Shown here one piece after another: positions 28,628-37,124 of a stretch of DNA of 58,403 bases (the first letter of the stretch is position 1; each line of letters begins with the position of its first letter). Under the pieces are notes generated by a model. That model saw only the letters and a list, made by a program, of their open reading frames with translations, had not been told where the DNA came from and ran no database searches. The translations under genes were made by a program, and so were the position numbers. The DNA is from a virus (Duplodnaviria > Caudoviricetes), in the IMG/VR virus record IMGVR_UViG_3300023283_000094, positions 1 through 58,403 of that record; one strand, 5' to 3'.

Positions 28628-28878
28628 TATCCTATCCTCCGTACTAGGGTGAAGGTGGGGCGGCGGCTCGTCCGCCGCTCCCGGTACCGCCGTACTCACC
28701 ACGTATTGTCAAATACCGTCCGCGCCGCATACCCTGCGGCCGGTCGCACATATTTAGTGCAAGACGCGAGCCATAATCCTGCCAATCCGGTAACTCCATA
28801 CGCGCCAACGAGTTACGGATTCTGCAGTTGCGGCACGTTTCTTGTGCAACTACAAAATCTGCAGCCCAGGGGCGCCCC

Positions 28879-28894
28879 AGCAAGAGCCGTGCCA
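28879..28894 (-). promoter_or_regulatory. sigma-54-type promoter, leftward
   Basis: TGGCACGGCTCTTGCT on minus strand. Confidence 0.7.
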
Positions 28895-29024
28895 CCGTAA
28901 ATCCATATATGCCAACAACCTACGGGATCGCAAGGAATAGCCTACGGCCCGCACATACTTCACGATACGTGCTACCTACCTAACTGATGTACCGTAAATC
29001 CATATGCGCCATCAACTTGCGTAG

Positions 29025-29040
29025 TGGCACGGCTTTTGCT
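29025..29040 (+). promoter_or_regulatory. sigma-54-type promoter, rightward
   Basis: TGGCACGGCTTTTGCT. Confidence 0.7.
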
Positions 29041-29133
29041 GACAGCTACGGCGATTGACGTAGACCAATCGGATTTTCCCCGGATCGCTGTAAGTCCATG
29101 TGTACCACCAACTTACGGATTTCTTGACAAGCC

Positions 29134-29162
29134 TTGACGGGCCCCTGGCCCGTACCTATCTT
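29134..29162 (+). promoter_or_regulatory. sigma-70-type promoter
   Basis: TTGACG-17 nt-TATCTT upstream of 29206. Confidence 0.55.
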
Positions 29163-29205
29163 GTTGGTACGATAGGAGACACTACTCACTACGGGAGGAC
29201 GCGCC

Positions 29206-29415
29206 ATGCACCACTACACACTACAGCTCGTCGAGATATACGAGTATCGTGGGGAGCCGATCCGGACGGTGGAGCGGGAGGAGACGTACCTGCGCAGGTC
29301 GCACGCAGTTGCAGCTGCCCGCAACATGAGAGTATCCGCCAGGGTCCGTGCCACGCATACGGGTGCATCATATGCGATATTGCTGGACGGGACGGTAGTA
29401 TACTGCACCGACTGA
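29206..29415 (+). CDS. hypothetical protein
   Basis: GGGAGG RBS. Confidence 0.6.
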   Translation: MHHYTLQLVEIYEYRGEPIRTVEREETYLRRSHAVAAARNMRVSARVRATHTGASYAILLDGTVVYCTD

Positions 29416-29427
29416 CGGAGGAGCTCC

Positions 29428-29526
29428 ATGCGCCCCAAGACGCGACACCGTTTGGCCCTGGCTATCATCATCGGCGTGCCGTGGCTGACCCTACTGATAC
29501 TGATCTTGGCACTCGAACTCTCGTAG
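29428..29526 (+). CDS. 32-aa single-pass membrane peptide
   Basis: MRPKTRHRLALAIIIGVPWLTLLILILALELS; GGAGGAG RBS. Confidence 0.6.
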   Translation: MRPKTRHRLALAIIIGVPWLTLLILILALELS

Positions 29527-29539
29527 CGGGAGGAGCTCC

Positions 29540-29635
29540 ATGCACCGGACGCGCATCATCGCATCGATCCTCGCGCCGCTAATACCCATAGTGCTGACAC
29601 TATGGGCAGTCTGGCGCGGACTCACTACTCTATAA
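29540..29635 (+). CDS. 31-aa single-pass membrane peptide
   Basis: MHRTRIIASILAPLIPIVLTLWAVWRGLTTL; same GGAGGAGCTCCATGC leader. Confidence 0.6.
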   Translation: MHRTRIIASILAPLIPIVLTLWAVWRGLTTL

Positions 29636-29648
29636 TGGGGGGGCGATT

Positions 29649-29981
29649 ATGTCTTGCTTGATGGATCTTCGGGATATCCGCGACCGGGTCGGTCTCGAGA
29701 CCCTGGGGGATGCGGTACAGTGGGGCCGCCGCCGCATCGAGGAGTCGCATCAGCACGTGGATTTCATCGTGGTCGCGATCACTACTGGGGTCACGGGGGC
29801 CGGTGATATGAGGATCGATATCACACCGTATCGCTACCCAGGGTATGCGGCTAGGGTTGTCGCGCTATGCCAGCCGCTGCCAGAGATACGGTGTATGATC
29901 GTCTATGGTCATCACGATACCGTGCGCGGGCGAGACGGCCTGTCTGGAGTACTGATCTACGACAGCGAGGGGGAGCTATGA
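29649..29981 (+). CDS. hypothetical protein
   Basis: G-run RBS, coupled to next ORF. Confidence 0.55.
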   Translation: MSCLMDLRDIRDRVGLETLGDAVQWGRRRIEESHQHVDFIVVAITTGVTGAGDMRIDITPYRYPGYAARVVALCQPLPEIRCMIVYGHHDTVRGRDGLSGVLIYDSEGEL

Positions 29982-30139
29982 CTATCCCAGTGGAGGAGCA
30001 GCTCACTATCATACGGCGGCCGATAGTCTGCGGTGCGTGCGACCAGTACCGGGAGAGACTGGTGTGGATCGACGGTACCGGGTGGTACTGCCTGCGGTGT
30101 GTCTACCGCCATAGGGCACGCCGGCGCCGGGACGCATAG
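29978..30139 (+). CDS. 53-aa Zn-ribbon, Arg-rich protein
   Basis: CGAC...CLRC; ATGA overlap; followed by a hairpin near 30163-30191. Confidence 0.55.
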   Translation: MTIPVEEQLTIIRRPIVCGACDQYRERLVWIDGTGWYCLRCVYRHRARRRRDA

Positions 30140-30710
30140 ACGACACACCATACTCTCTAACACAGGGGTCGGGAGACTATCTCCCGGCCCCGTAGTGTAT
30201 CTATAGGGCATCCGCCCCCATAGTCACCCTATAGTCCAGGGGCCCGCCCGCCCCCAAAAAGCGTCCCAGAATCCTCCACAACGTCCGCAACGCTCACGCC
30301 CCATACCCTACCCTACCTGCAACGCTCGCGCCCCATATGACTATCGCAGCAGCCCTCTGACTATCATACTCTATACATGCACCTATATCAGTAAGATATA
30401 GTGTGTATGGTGTGTATGGTGTAGATGTGGTGTATAGGGTATGTGTGTGTATGTGGGGTATGTGTATAGGGTAACCTCCGCGCACCCTCTCTTTGCGCCA
30501 AAGTATCCCATGTAGAGTAGCAGGGATTACGTTGGCGTGCGTAGGTCTGTGGTATGTGGTGTAGTGTAGGTAGGTTACGGTGGTGTACGTACTATAGTTG
30601 GCGTTGACGTTCTACGTGGTGTAGTGTATATGGTAGTACGGCGTGGCACGTAGGTACCGATAGCGTCGCATAATTATGCACAGACGTGACCAGAATATCC
30701 ATCGGTATGG

Positions 30711-30726
30711 TGGCACGCACCTTGCT
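30711..30726 (+). promoter_or_regulatory. sigma-54-type promoter facing the virion arm
   Basis: TGGCACGCACCTTGCT. Confidence 0.6.
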
Positions 30727-31668
30727 ACATACTCCATGTAACGTACCATACGCTACGACGTCCCACGTACCAGATACTATCCCACATCAAGTAACTGCCA
30801 CCCTGGCATGAAGTACTCCGCCCCAAGTAGCCGCCAATATGTCATGACAATCTGACCGTGTATCTTTTTCAAGTACTTGGGTACCCGTGGCTCCGCTAGG
30901 GGGATGACCCCCCTGCACCCAGAGTCGGCCTTCCGCGCCCAGGAAGTCGCGTCGTTTACCTTACCGCGTTACCGGGACGATGTGGTGTATCGGACTCTGT
31001 CTTTTTGTATCCGGGGACGGTTAGTGGCACCCATGGGTGGGTGATGTTATGTATCATGTTACAGCGTTAGTCGTACGCACTTTTCAGGTGATTGTTTTTC
31101 ATCTAAGGGGTTGGGGTTTTTGTGGGGCGGGGGTGGTATAAAAAGGGTTTTCGGTACCGTTGAGCGTTAGAAGCCCCAGAATCGCTTTTAACGTCCATCA
31201 ACCTTACACCAATACCATGACATAGGGTGTGGGGTCCGTGGACGTTTTAGGGGCATTCTCGTGCGTCTGAGGGGTGTTGTTAGTGGTGGTGTGTATCACC
31301 CACGGCACATGACCCACGGTGTCACGTGGTTTTTCACCTGAGTGGGTACGTTGTCACGTCACACTCTCTCAGCAGAATGTATCTCTACTTTCTTTTTTTG
31401 GATATACGTAGTATATCTTTTTTTCTTTGTATCTAAGGTATCAAGGTACCATTGTATCAGGAGGTTTTTTCTTTGTTTCTTTTTATATTACTTTTTCTTT
31501 ATTTCTTTTTTGCTGTGCGGTGTATCGTACACACGCCGTTGGTGTGGTTTTGGGTTGGGGTGTGCGGCCGGGGTTGCGAGTCGTGCAATAAGTTGGTAGT
31601 TTCATTGGGTGTGATAGGATCCACTGTCCACGAACGTTACACTAACCCTACAGACCAGACGAGACAAC

Positions 31669-32124
31669 ATGGCGACATTCAACAAATTCGAGATTACCGT
31701 AGCTGATTTCATGGGTGCGGTGCACGACCTGCTTGGCACGACACCCGGCACCGACTCGGACGTGGCGGCGATCTACCTGTCCAATACGACGCCCGACGCG
31801 GCGCTGGACGAGGTCAAGGCCGACCTCGCCGAAATCGCCACGGGCAACGGGTACACGGGTCCCGTGCCCGTACCCAACCAGTCGGGTACGGAAACCAGCG
31901 GCACATTCACGCTATCGGGCGACGAGATCACCATCACGGCGTCCGGTGGGCCCATCGCGCAGTTCCAGCACGTCGTGCTGTTCAACGACGGCACGGCCGC
32001 CAAGACCGACCCGCTGCTGGCGTGGTGGTCCGCCGCCAGCCCGATCGACCTGGCAGACGGCGAAAGCTTCACGTGGCAGCCGAGCGGTGTCGCGTCGGGC
32101 GGTGATATCTTTACGCTCAGCTAA
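31669..32124 (+). CDS. virion fibre-associated structural protein
   Basis: MATFNKF...EIATGNGYT...FQHVVLFND...L.DGESFT pattern seen beside phage fibre genes. Confidence 0.65.
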   Translation: MATFNKFEITVADFMGAVHDLLGTTPGTDSDVAAIYLSNTTPDAALDEVKADLAEIATGNGYTGPVPVPNQSGTETSGTFTLSGDEITITASGGPIAQFQHVVLFNDGTAAKTDPLLAWWSAASPIDLADGESFTWQPSGVASGGDIFTLS

Positions 32125-32128
32125 GGAA

Positions 32129-32216
32129 CGATACGAAGTATCGTGCCCACTTGTTACGGGGCGATGTTGTCTATCGTGCCCACTTGTTACGGGGCGATAC
32201 GAAGTATCGTGCCCAC
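32129..32216. repeat. 33-bp tandem repeat, 2.7 copies, internally palindromic
   Basis: CGATACGAAGTATCGTGCCCACTTGTTACGGGG; middle copy has GTTGTC in place of ACGAAG. Confidence 0.9.
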
Positions 32217-32224
32217 AACGTTAA

Positions 32225-32416
32225 ATGGTACCCAATATGCCGAAACCGAATTGCTGTACCAACCCCGACAACCTGAAAATCGTCGAACGTGAACACTCGC
32301 TGGATGCGGTCACGGTGACGCGCCGGTGTGTGCGCTGCGACCGACGACACTACACCCAACACGCGCTGCCCGTACGTGTGGCGCTACGCGGCGGAAAGGA
32401 CGGCGAGCTGACATGA
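32225..32416 (+). CDS. small Zn-binding protein
   Basis: CC...CVRC.RRH; ATGA-coupled. Confidence 0.55.
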   Translation: MVPNMPKPNCCTNPDNLKIVEREHSLDAVTVTRRCVRCDRRHYTQHALPVRVALRGGKDGELT

Positions 32417-33408
32417 CCACACCAGAAGACGTAACGTTGGAAACGGTCCAGGAAGGACTCATCAGAGTTGCGGTGGATGGGGTGGTGGTCTCGGAGCACC
32501 AGCGCGAGGACAAGGCGATCTCGTCTGCCTATGCCGCCTCCGCGCTCAACCCGCAGGCGGACGTACGCATCGTTCGGCCCGATCTCCGGGTAGACGGAAA
32601 GGTGACGTGTGCGGCGACCAAAGAGGAGCCGATCCCCGAAGACGATCCCGTCGATGACCCTTCGTCGGGCGACCCGTCGATGGGTACGCCGGTCTTCGCT
32701 GACGATTTCAGCTCCGGTGATCTATCGCACCGTGAGGGCGGATGGGGCTGGGGTAGCGGCAAGGGCAGCGTTGTCGAGGGGGCCGGACGATCCGGGTCCA
32801 ATGCGCTTGTGATCACGTTCCCCGGCGAACCGGACAACGAAGACTCGTGGGAGTTCCATAACCTCCACGTCATGGACGGCTCCGGCGTACCCGAGATCTG
32901 GGTCGAATACTGGATGCGCGTGCCGCCGAACTATCTGCACCGCCACCAGGCCGGACCCGGCAACAACAAGTTCTTCGGGCTCTGGCGCCATCAAGCCCGT
33001 GATGACGACCACAGGTTCATCCCGAACCTCGCGCGGACCGACATCAACGTGGACGACGGCGATCGACTGTCGAGCTTCATCTTCCACGACAACACGCCGG
33101 ACCGGAGATGGCGTGTCATGGCCGACCCGTTCATCCGAGCAGAGGACCACGGTCGTTGGATCCGGGTCCGGTTCCATGTCGCGGTGGCCGACATCGGGCA
33201 GGATGCTGGCGTGATCGAAATGTGGAAGGACGCGGAGCTGCTATATTCCGCCGACGATCTGCCGCTGATGTATACCGAGACGGGCGACCCCGCGCTCAAC
33301 GTCTATTCGCACATCCGGCTTCTGGGCTGGAGCAACTCGGGGTACGACGAGGACACCGAGTTCGCGTTTGACGGTATCGCGATCTACGATTCTGATCCGG
33401 GTTGGTAA
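32413..33408 (+). CDS. polysaccharide-lyase/ConA-like beta-jelly-roll protein
   Basis: FADDFSSG, EIWVEYW, NNKFF, GRW, G.IEMWKD, F.FD.I.I. Confidence 0.6.
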   Translation: MTTPEDVTLETVQEGLIRVAVDGVVVSEHQREDKAISSAYAASALNPQADVRIVRPDLRVDGKVTCAATKEEPIPEDDPVDDPSSGDPSMGTPVFADDFSSGDLSHREGGWGWGSGKGSVVEGAGRSGSNALVITFPGEPDNEDSWEFHNLHVMDGSGVPEIWVEYWMRVPPNYLHRHQAGPGNNKFFGLWRHQARDDDHRFIPNLARTDINVDDGDRLSSFIFHDNTPDRRWRVMADPFIRAEDHGRWIRVRFHVAVADIGQDAGVIEMWKDAELLYSADDLPLMYTETGDPALNVYSHIRLLGWSNSGYDEDTEFAFDGIAIYDSDPGW

Positions 33409-33411
33409 ACC

Positions 33412-36051
33412 GTGCCGACCGTTAGTGACAGCGGGCTGTCGTTTGGCGTCAATGTTTCGAGCCTGTCGCTGGATGTCGATGTCGCGTCGGCCGACAGTTT
33501 GCTGCTTGTCTGGGTCACGGACTTCGACACGATCGACGCGAACGACTTCGAGATTGATTCCGTTACGTTCGAAGGCGGAACGCCGGTCAAGCATGGCGAA
33601 TGGTTCCATGATTCGGGTACGGACGACCAGACCCCCGGGTTGCAATTATGGGCAGTTGAGAACCCGACGGTCGGAACGCTCCAGACGATCGACGTCACGT
33701 ATACCGGCAACCAGTTCCGTGCGGGTGTGTTCGCGTACGTGATCGAGGACGTCGATCTCGTTAACTGGCCACGCAACATGGTGGTGGATACGGGTAACGC
33801 GGGCTCGGAGGTCAGTAACTCCGTAGCGAGCGATGAATCCGACCTTGTCGTCGATGCGGGTGCCGCGACCCGCAACCGAACATATACCGCAGGTTCGGGC
33901 CAGACGGTTATGGTCAACGACGGTAGTGGTGGTGGCAGCTCGACGGGCGATCGTCACTGGTTCGGGTCCAGTGCCGGCGGGTTGAACGGTGACGTCACCA
34001 TGTCGTGGTCGGCGAGTGGCTTCCAGCGCGCCATACACGTGGTCATGTCGCTTCAACCTGCGGCGGCGGCCGAGATCACGCTCACGGCCGATGCGGGCGT
34101 GTATACCGTCGCGGGGCTGCTGGCGGAACTGTTGCGCGGGTTGCTGGTTGCCGCGAACGCTGGTGTTTACAACGTGACGGGTCCTGACGCGGCACTGTTT
34201 CGGGCACTGTTGCAGCACGCCGATGCCGGTAACTATGCGTTCGATGGCCAGCAGGCCGCGTTGTTGTTGGACCAACTGCTGGACGCGGAGCCCGGTACGT
34301 ACGGTGTGACGGGCACGACGGCCGATCTACTGCGTGACCTGTTGATGGCGGGTGATGTCGGTGGGTACGTGTCGGCGGGTTCCGACGCCGATGTGTTGAG
34401 AGCGTTGCGGTTGGCCGGTGACGCCGGTGCGTACCAGGTCCTGGGCGCGACCGTTGACCTGTTGCACGATCGTGTGCTGGGCGCCGACAGCGGCCTCTAT
34501 ACCGTCGATGGTGTGGACGCCGAACTGCTGCGCGCGCTGGCGATGGCGGCGGACGCGGGTCAATACGACGTTGTCGGTGCCGTTGCCGACCTGTTGCGTG
34601 ATTCCGTGTTGGTGGCACAGCCCGGCAGCTATACACTGCAGGGCGCCAACGCCGACCTGTTGAGAGCATTGTTGCTGGCCGTAGACGCGGGTCAATATGA
34701 CCTGTCGGGCCAACTGGCCAACTTGTTGGCGTCGAGGTTGCTGACGGGCGATGCTGGTGGGTTCGCGTTGGTTGGCGACGACGCCGACCTGTTGAGGGCG
34801 CTGCTCGTGGCGGCCGATCCCGGTGGTTACGACTATGTGGGGTCGGATGCCGGACTGTTGAGGGCGCTCGTGTTGACGGCCGATGCGGGTGCGTATGATG
34901 CGCTTGGTCGGGTGGCCGACCTCCTGGTATCGAGGTTGCTGGGCGCCGATGCCGGATCGTATGGCATGACGGGCCAGGCGGCCGACATTGTACGCGCACT
35001 GCTCGTGGACGCGGCTTCGGGCACGTACGAGATGACGGGCGCGGAAGCGCGGCTGGTGCGCGCGTTGGTCGTGACTGCGGACGCTGGCGTGTACGGCGTT
35101 ACGGGCCAACAGGCGACGCTGCAGTTGATCGACGTCATCAAGATGCTGGCGGATGCGGGTAACTATACGATCGCGGGCCAGGCCGCCGATATATTGTTGG
35201 ACCGGATACTGGCGGCCGATACGGGTGGCTATAACCTGAGCGCACCGCAACTCCGGTTGGTACGTGATCTGTTGATGGCGGGCGAGTCTGGCGGTTATAC
35301 GTTGGACGCGCCGCAGGTTGAACTGCTGCGGGCACTGGTGCTTGGCGCTACGCCGGGTACGTATGAGGCGGCGGGGATGAACGCCGCGCTGACACGTGAC
35401 CTGATGGTATCGGCGGATGCCGGTACGTACGCACTCGCGGGCCAGGCGGCGGGACTGCTGTCGGACCTGATCATGACGGGCGAGCCCGGCACGTATACGC
35501 TGTCGGGCCAGGCGGCCGACCTGATCGTCAGCCAGGCGCTCACCATGGCCGCCGACGCTGGTGTGTACGACACCGTGGGAGGCGAAGCGTCGCTGTTGCG
35601 TGGGCTTGTGATCGACGCCCGGGCGGGCCAATATTCCGTTACCGGTGGCTCGGCCGATCTGTTGAGGGCGTTGCTGATGTCGGCGGCATCGGGTGAGGTC
35701 GTGCTGGACGGCGCTGCTGCCGAACTGGTGCGCGCTGTACTGGTATCGGCCGATCCGGGTACGTACCAACTGAGTGGCGCTGCGGCCGATCTACTGGTTG
35801 ATCTGATCCTGGCCGCCGACGTTGGGAGCTACCCGTTGACGGGTGCCGACGCGACACTGACGTTCGAGGGCATCGAAGCTGATATCGGGCCGCCGTTCAC
35901 GCTGTCGTGGCTCGATCCCGCGCGCGAACTGGCGGTCGACGACACTGCGCGGACGCTGTCAGTTACACGGTCCGACAGGCGCATAGCACCCATCACGAGC
36001 GATCGTGGTATAGCGATCATAGACACGACGCGACAACTGGCGGTACACTGA
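33412..36051 (+). CDS. fibre-like protein with about 27 x 22-aa repeats
   Basis: ADAGxYxxxGxxAxLLRxL repeats after a beta-rich N-domain. Confidence 0.75.
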   Translation: MPTVSDSGLSFGVNVSSLSLDVDVASADSLLLVWVTDFDTIDANDFEIDSVTFEGGTPVKHGEWFHDSGTDDQTPGLQLWAVENPTVGTLQTIDVTYTGNQFRAGVFAYVIEDVDLVNWPRNMVVDTGNAGSEVSNSVASDESDLVVDAGAATRNRTYTAGSGQTVMVNDGSGGGSSTGDRHWFGSSAGGLNGDVTMSWSASGFQRAIHVVMSLQPAAAAEITLTADAGVYTVAGLLAELLRGLLVAANAGVYNVTGPDAALFRALLQHADAGNYAFDGQQAALLLDQLLDAEPGTYGVTGTTADLLRDLLMAGDVGGYVSAGSDADVLRALRLAGDAGAYQVLGATVDLLHDRVLGADSGLYTVDGVDAELLRALAMAADAGQYDVVGAVADLLRDSVLVAQPGSYTLQGANADLLRALLLAVDAGQYDLSGQLANLLASRLLTGDAGGFALVGDDADLLRALLVAADPGGYDYVGSDAGLLRALVLTADAGAYDALGRVADLLVSRLLGADAGSYGMTGQAADIVRALLVDAASGTYEMTGAEARLVRALVVTADAGVYGVTGQQATLQLIDVIKMLADAGNYTIAGQAADILLDRILAADTGGYNLSAPQLRLVRDLLMAGESGGYTLDAPQVELLRALVLGATPGTYEAAGMNAALTRDLMVSADAGTYALAGQAAGLLSDLIMTGEPGTYTLSGQAADLIVSQALTMAADAGVYDTVGGEASLLRGLVIDARAGQYSVTGGSADLLRALLMSAASGEVVLDGAAAELVRAVLVSADPGTYQLSGAAADLLVDLILAADVGSYPLTGADATLTFEGIEADIGPPFTLSWLDPARELAVDDTARTLSVTRSDRRIAPITSDRGIAIIDTTRQLAVH

Positions 36052-36052
36052 T

Positions 36053-36436
36053 ATGGCGAACGTAAAAATGACGCGTAAGGCGGGGTCGGAAGACACCGAA
36101 GAGGTCACGGTCAGCGCGACGGGCCTCGATAACCTGGACGGCGTGACCGCAGGCCAGTGGTTCATGTGGAACCAGAGCACCGGTACGCTGGTGATCGACG
36201 GTCTCGCGAACGGGGCTGCCGTCGACGGCCCCGGGTTCGCCGTCAAGGATTCGGCTGATCGTATCGTCGAGCTGGACCCGCAAACCGCGAGCGTGCAGGG
36301 CGCCAACGCGTTCGCGGACGAGGGTACGTACCGCGCGACACTTAAGCTGATATTCGCTGACGGCAGGCCGCAGTTCTGGCCCGATGAGGGGTACCTGGAG
36401 ATCAAGCTGGAACACTCGATGCCGCAGGCGTCGTAG
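36053..36436 (+). CDS. BppU N-terminal-like adaptor
   Basis: GTYRATLKLIFADG.PQFWPDEGYLEI. Confidence 0.6.
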   Translation: MANVKMTRKAGSEDTEEVTVSATGLDNLDGVTAGQWFMWNQSTGTLVIDGLANGAAVDGPGFAVKDSADRIVELDPQTASVQGANAFADEGTYRATLKLIFADGRPQFWPDEGYLEIKLEHSMPQAS

Positions 36437-36589
36437 CGTCGCACTAACCATAACTGGAAGATATATGCCTCGGGACCGCACAGGGTTTGGGGTTCATCGG
36501 TATGTAGTTGGACCCGTGGGTGCGCCTGGTATGCGGTGGGTGCCACCACGAATTCGCGTTCATTGGACTTCACGGAGATCTGGGTGATT

Positions 36590-37123
36590 ATGAGCGATTT
36601 GACAACTGACCCGCAGAAGTGGGCCAACGGTAAAAAAGGTCGACCGCCGAAACTGGTGAAGCACGACGGTATGGTGGACGAGATCATAGAGAACCTGAAA
36701 GAATTTCCCAACCTCGATATGGTGGCGGCAGCCAGTGGCATATCGCGCAAGACGCTGTTCAACTGGTTGGCCAGGGCGCGTGAGGTGCGCGAGGTGCGCC
36801 AGCAGGACGAAGACGCGCGTGTGACACCGTGGGACGACGCATATATCGATTTCCTGGAGAGGTTCGAGAAGGCCGAACTGGAGGTCAAGAAGAAGTATCT
36901 CGATCGTATCGACGATGCGTCGGCAAGCGGCCCGAAATACTGGACGGCCGCTGCGTGGGTCATGGAGCGGTTGTGGCCGGGCGAGTTCAGCCTGAAGCAG
37001 ACGGTGCGGCACGAGGCGCAGGTACAGCAGGATATCAACCTGACACTCAACGTCGATTCGCCGCCCGGTATCGAGGAGCGCCGCGATAAGATCATCGAAG
37101 CTGAAGTGATAGACGAAGACTGA
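36590..37123 (+). CDS. terS: terminase small subunit
   Basis: GRPPKL, HTH GISRKTLFNW, WTAAAWVMERLWP; precedes terL. Confidence 0.8.
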   Translation: MSDLTTDPQKWANGKKGRPPKLVKHDGMVDEIIENLKEFPNLDMVAAASGISRKTLFNWLARAREVREVRQQDEDARVTPWDDAYIDFLERFEKAELEVKKKYLDRIDDASASGPKYWTAAAWVMERLWPGEFSLKQTVRHEAQVQQDINLTLNVDSPPGIEERRDKIIEAEVIDED

Positions 37124-37124
37124 T

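Larger units (their letters stand above)
28790..29118. repeat. four ~29-bp GTAA.TCCAT...CCA..A.(C/T)T(A/G)CG repeats, IHF-site-like
   Basis: Copies start at 28790, 28897, 28994, 29090 (spacing 107, 97, 96). Confidence 0.7.

Noticed and set aside
31342-31706. Phe-rich membrane ORFs
   Set aside because: By-product of the T-rich non-coding tract; no convincing RBS
32129-32216. Mini CRISPR array
   Set aside because: Variable part is only 6 nt and units 1 and 3 are identical; no spacers, no cas operon
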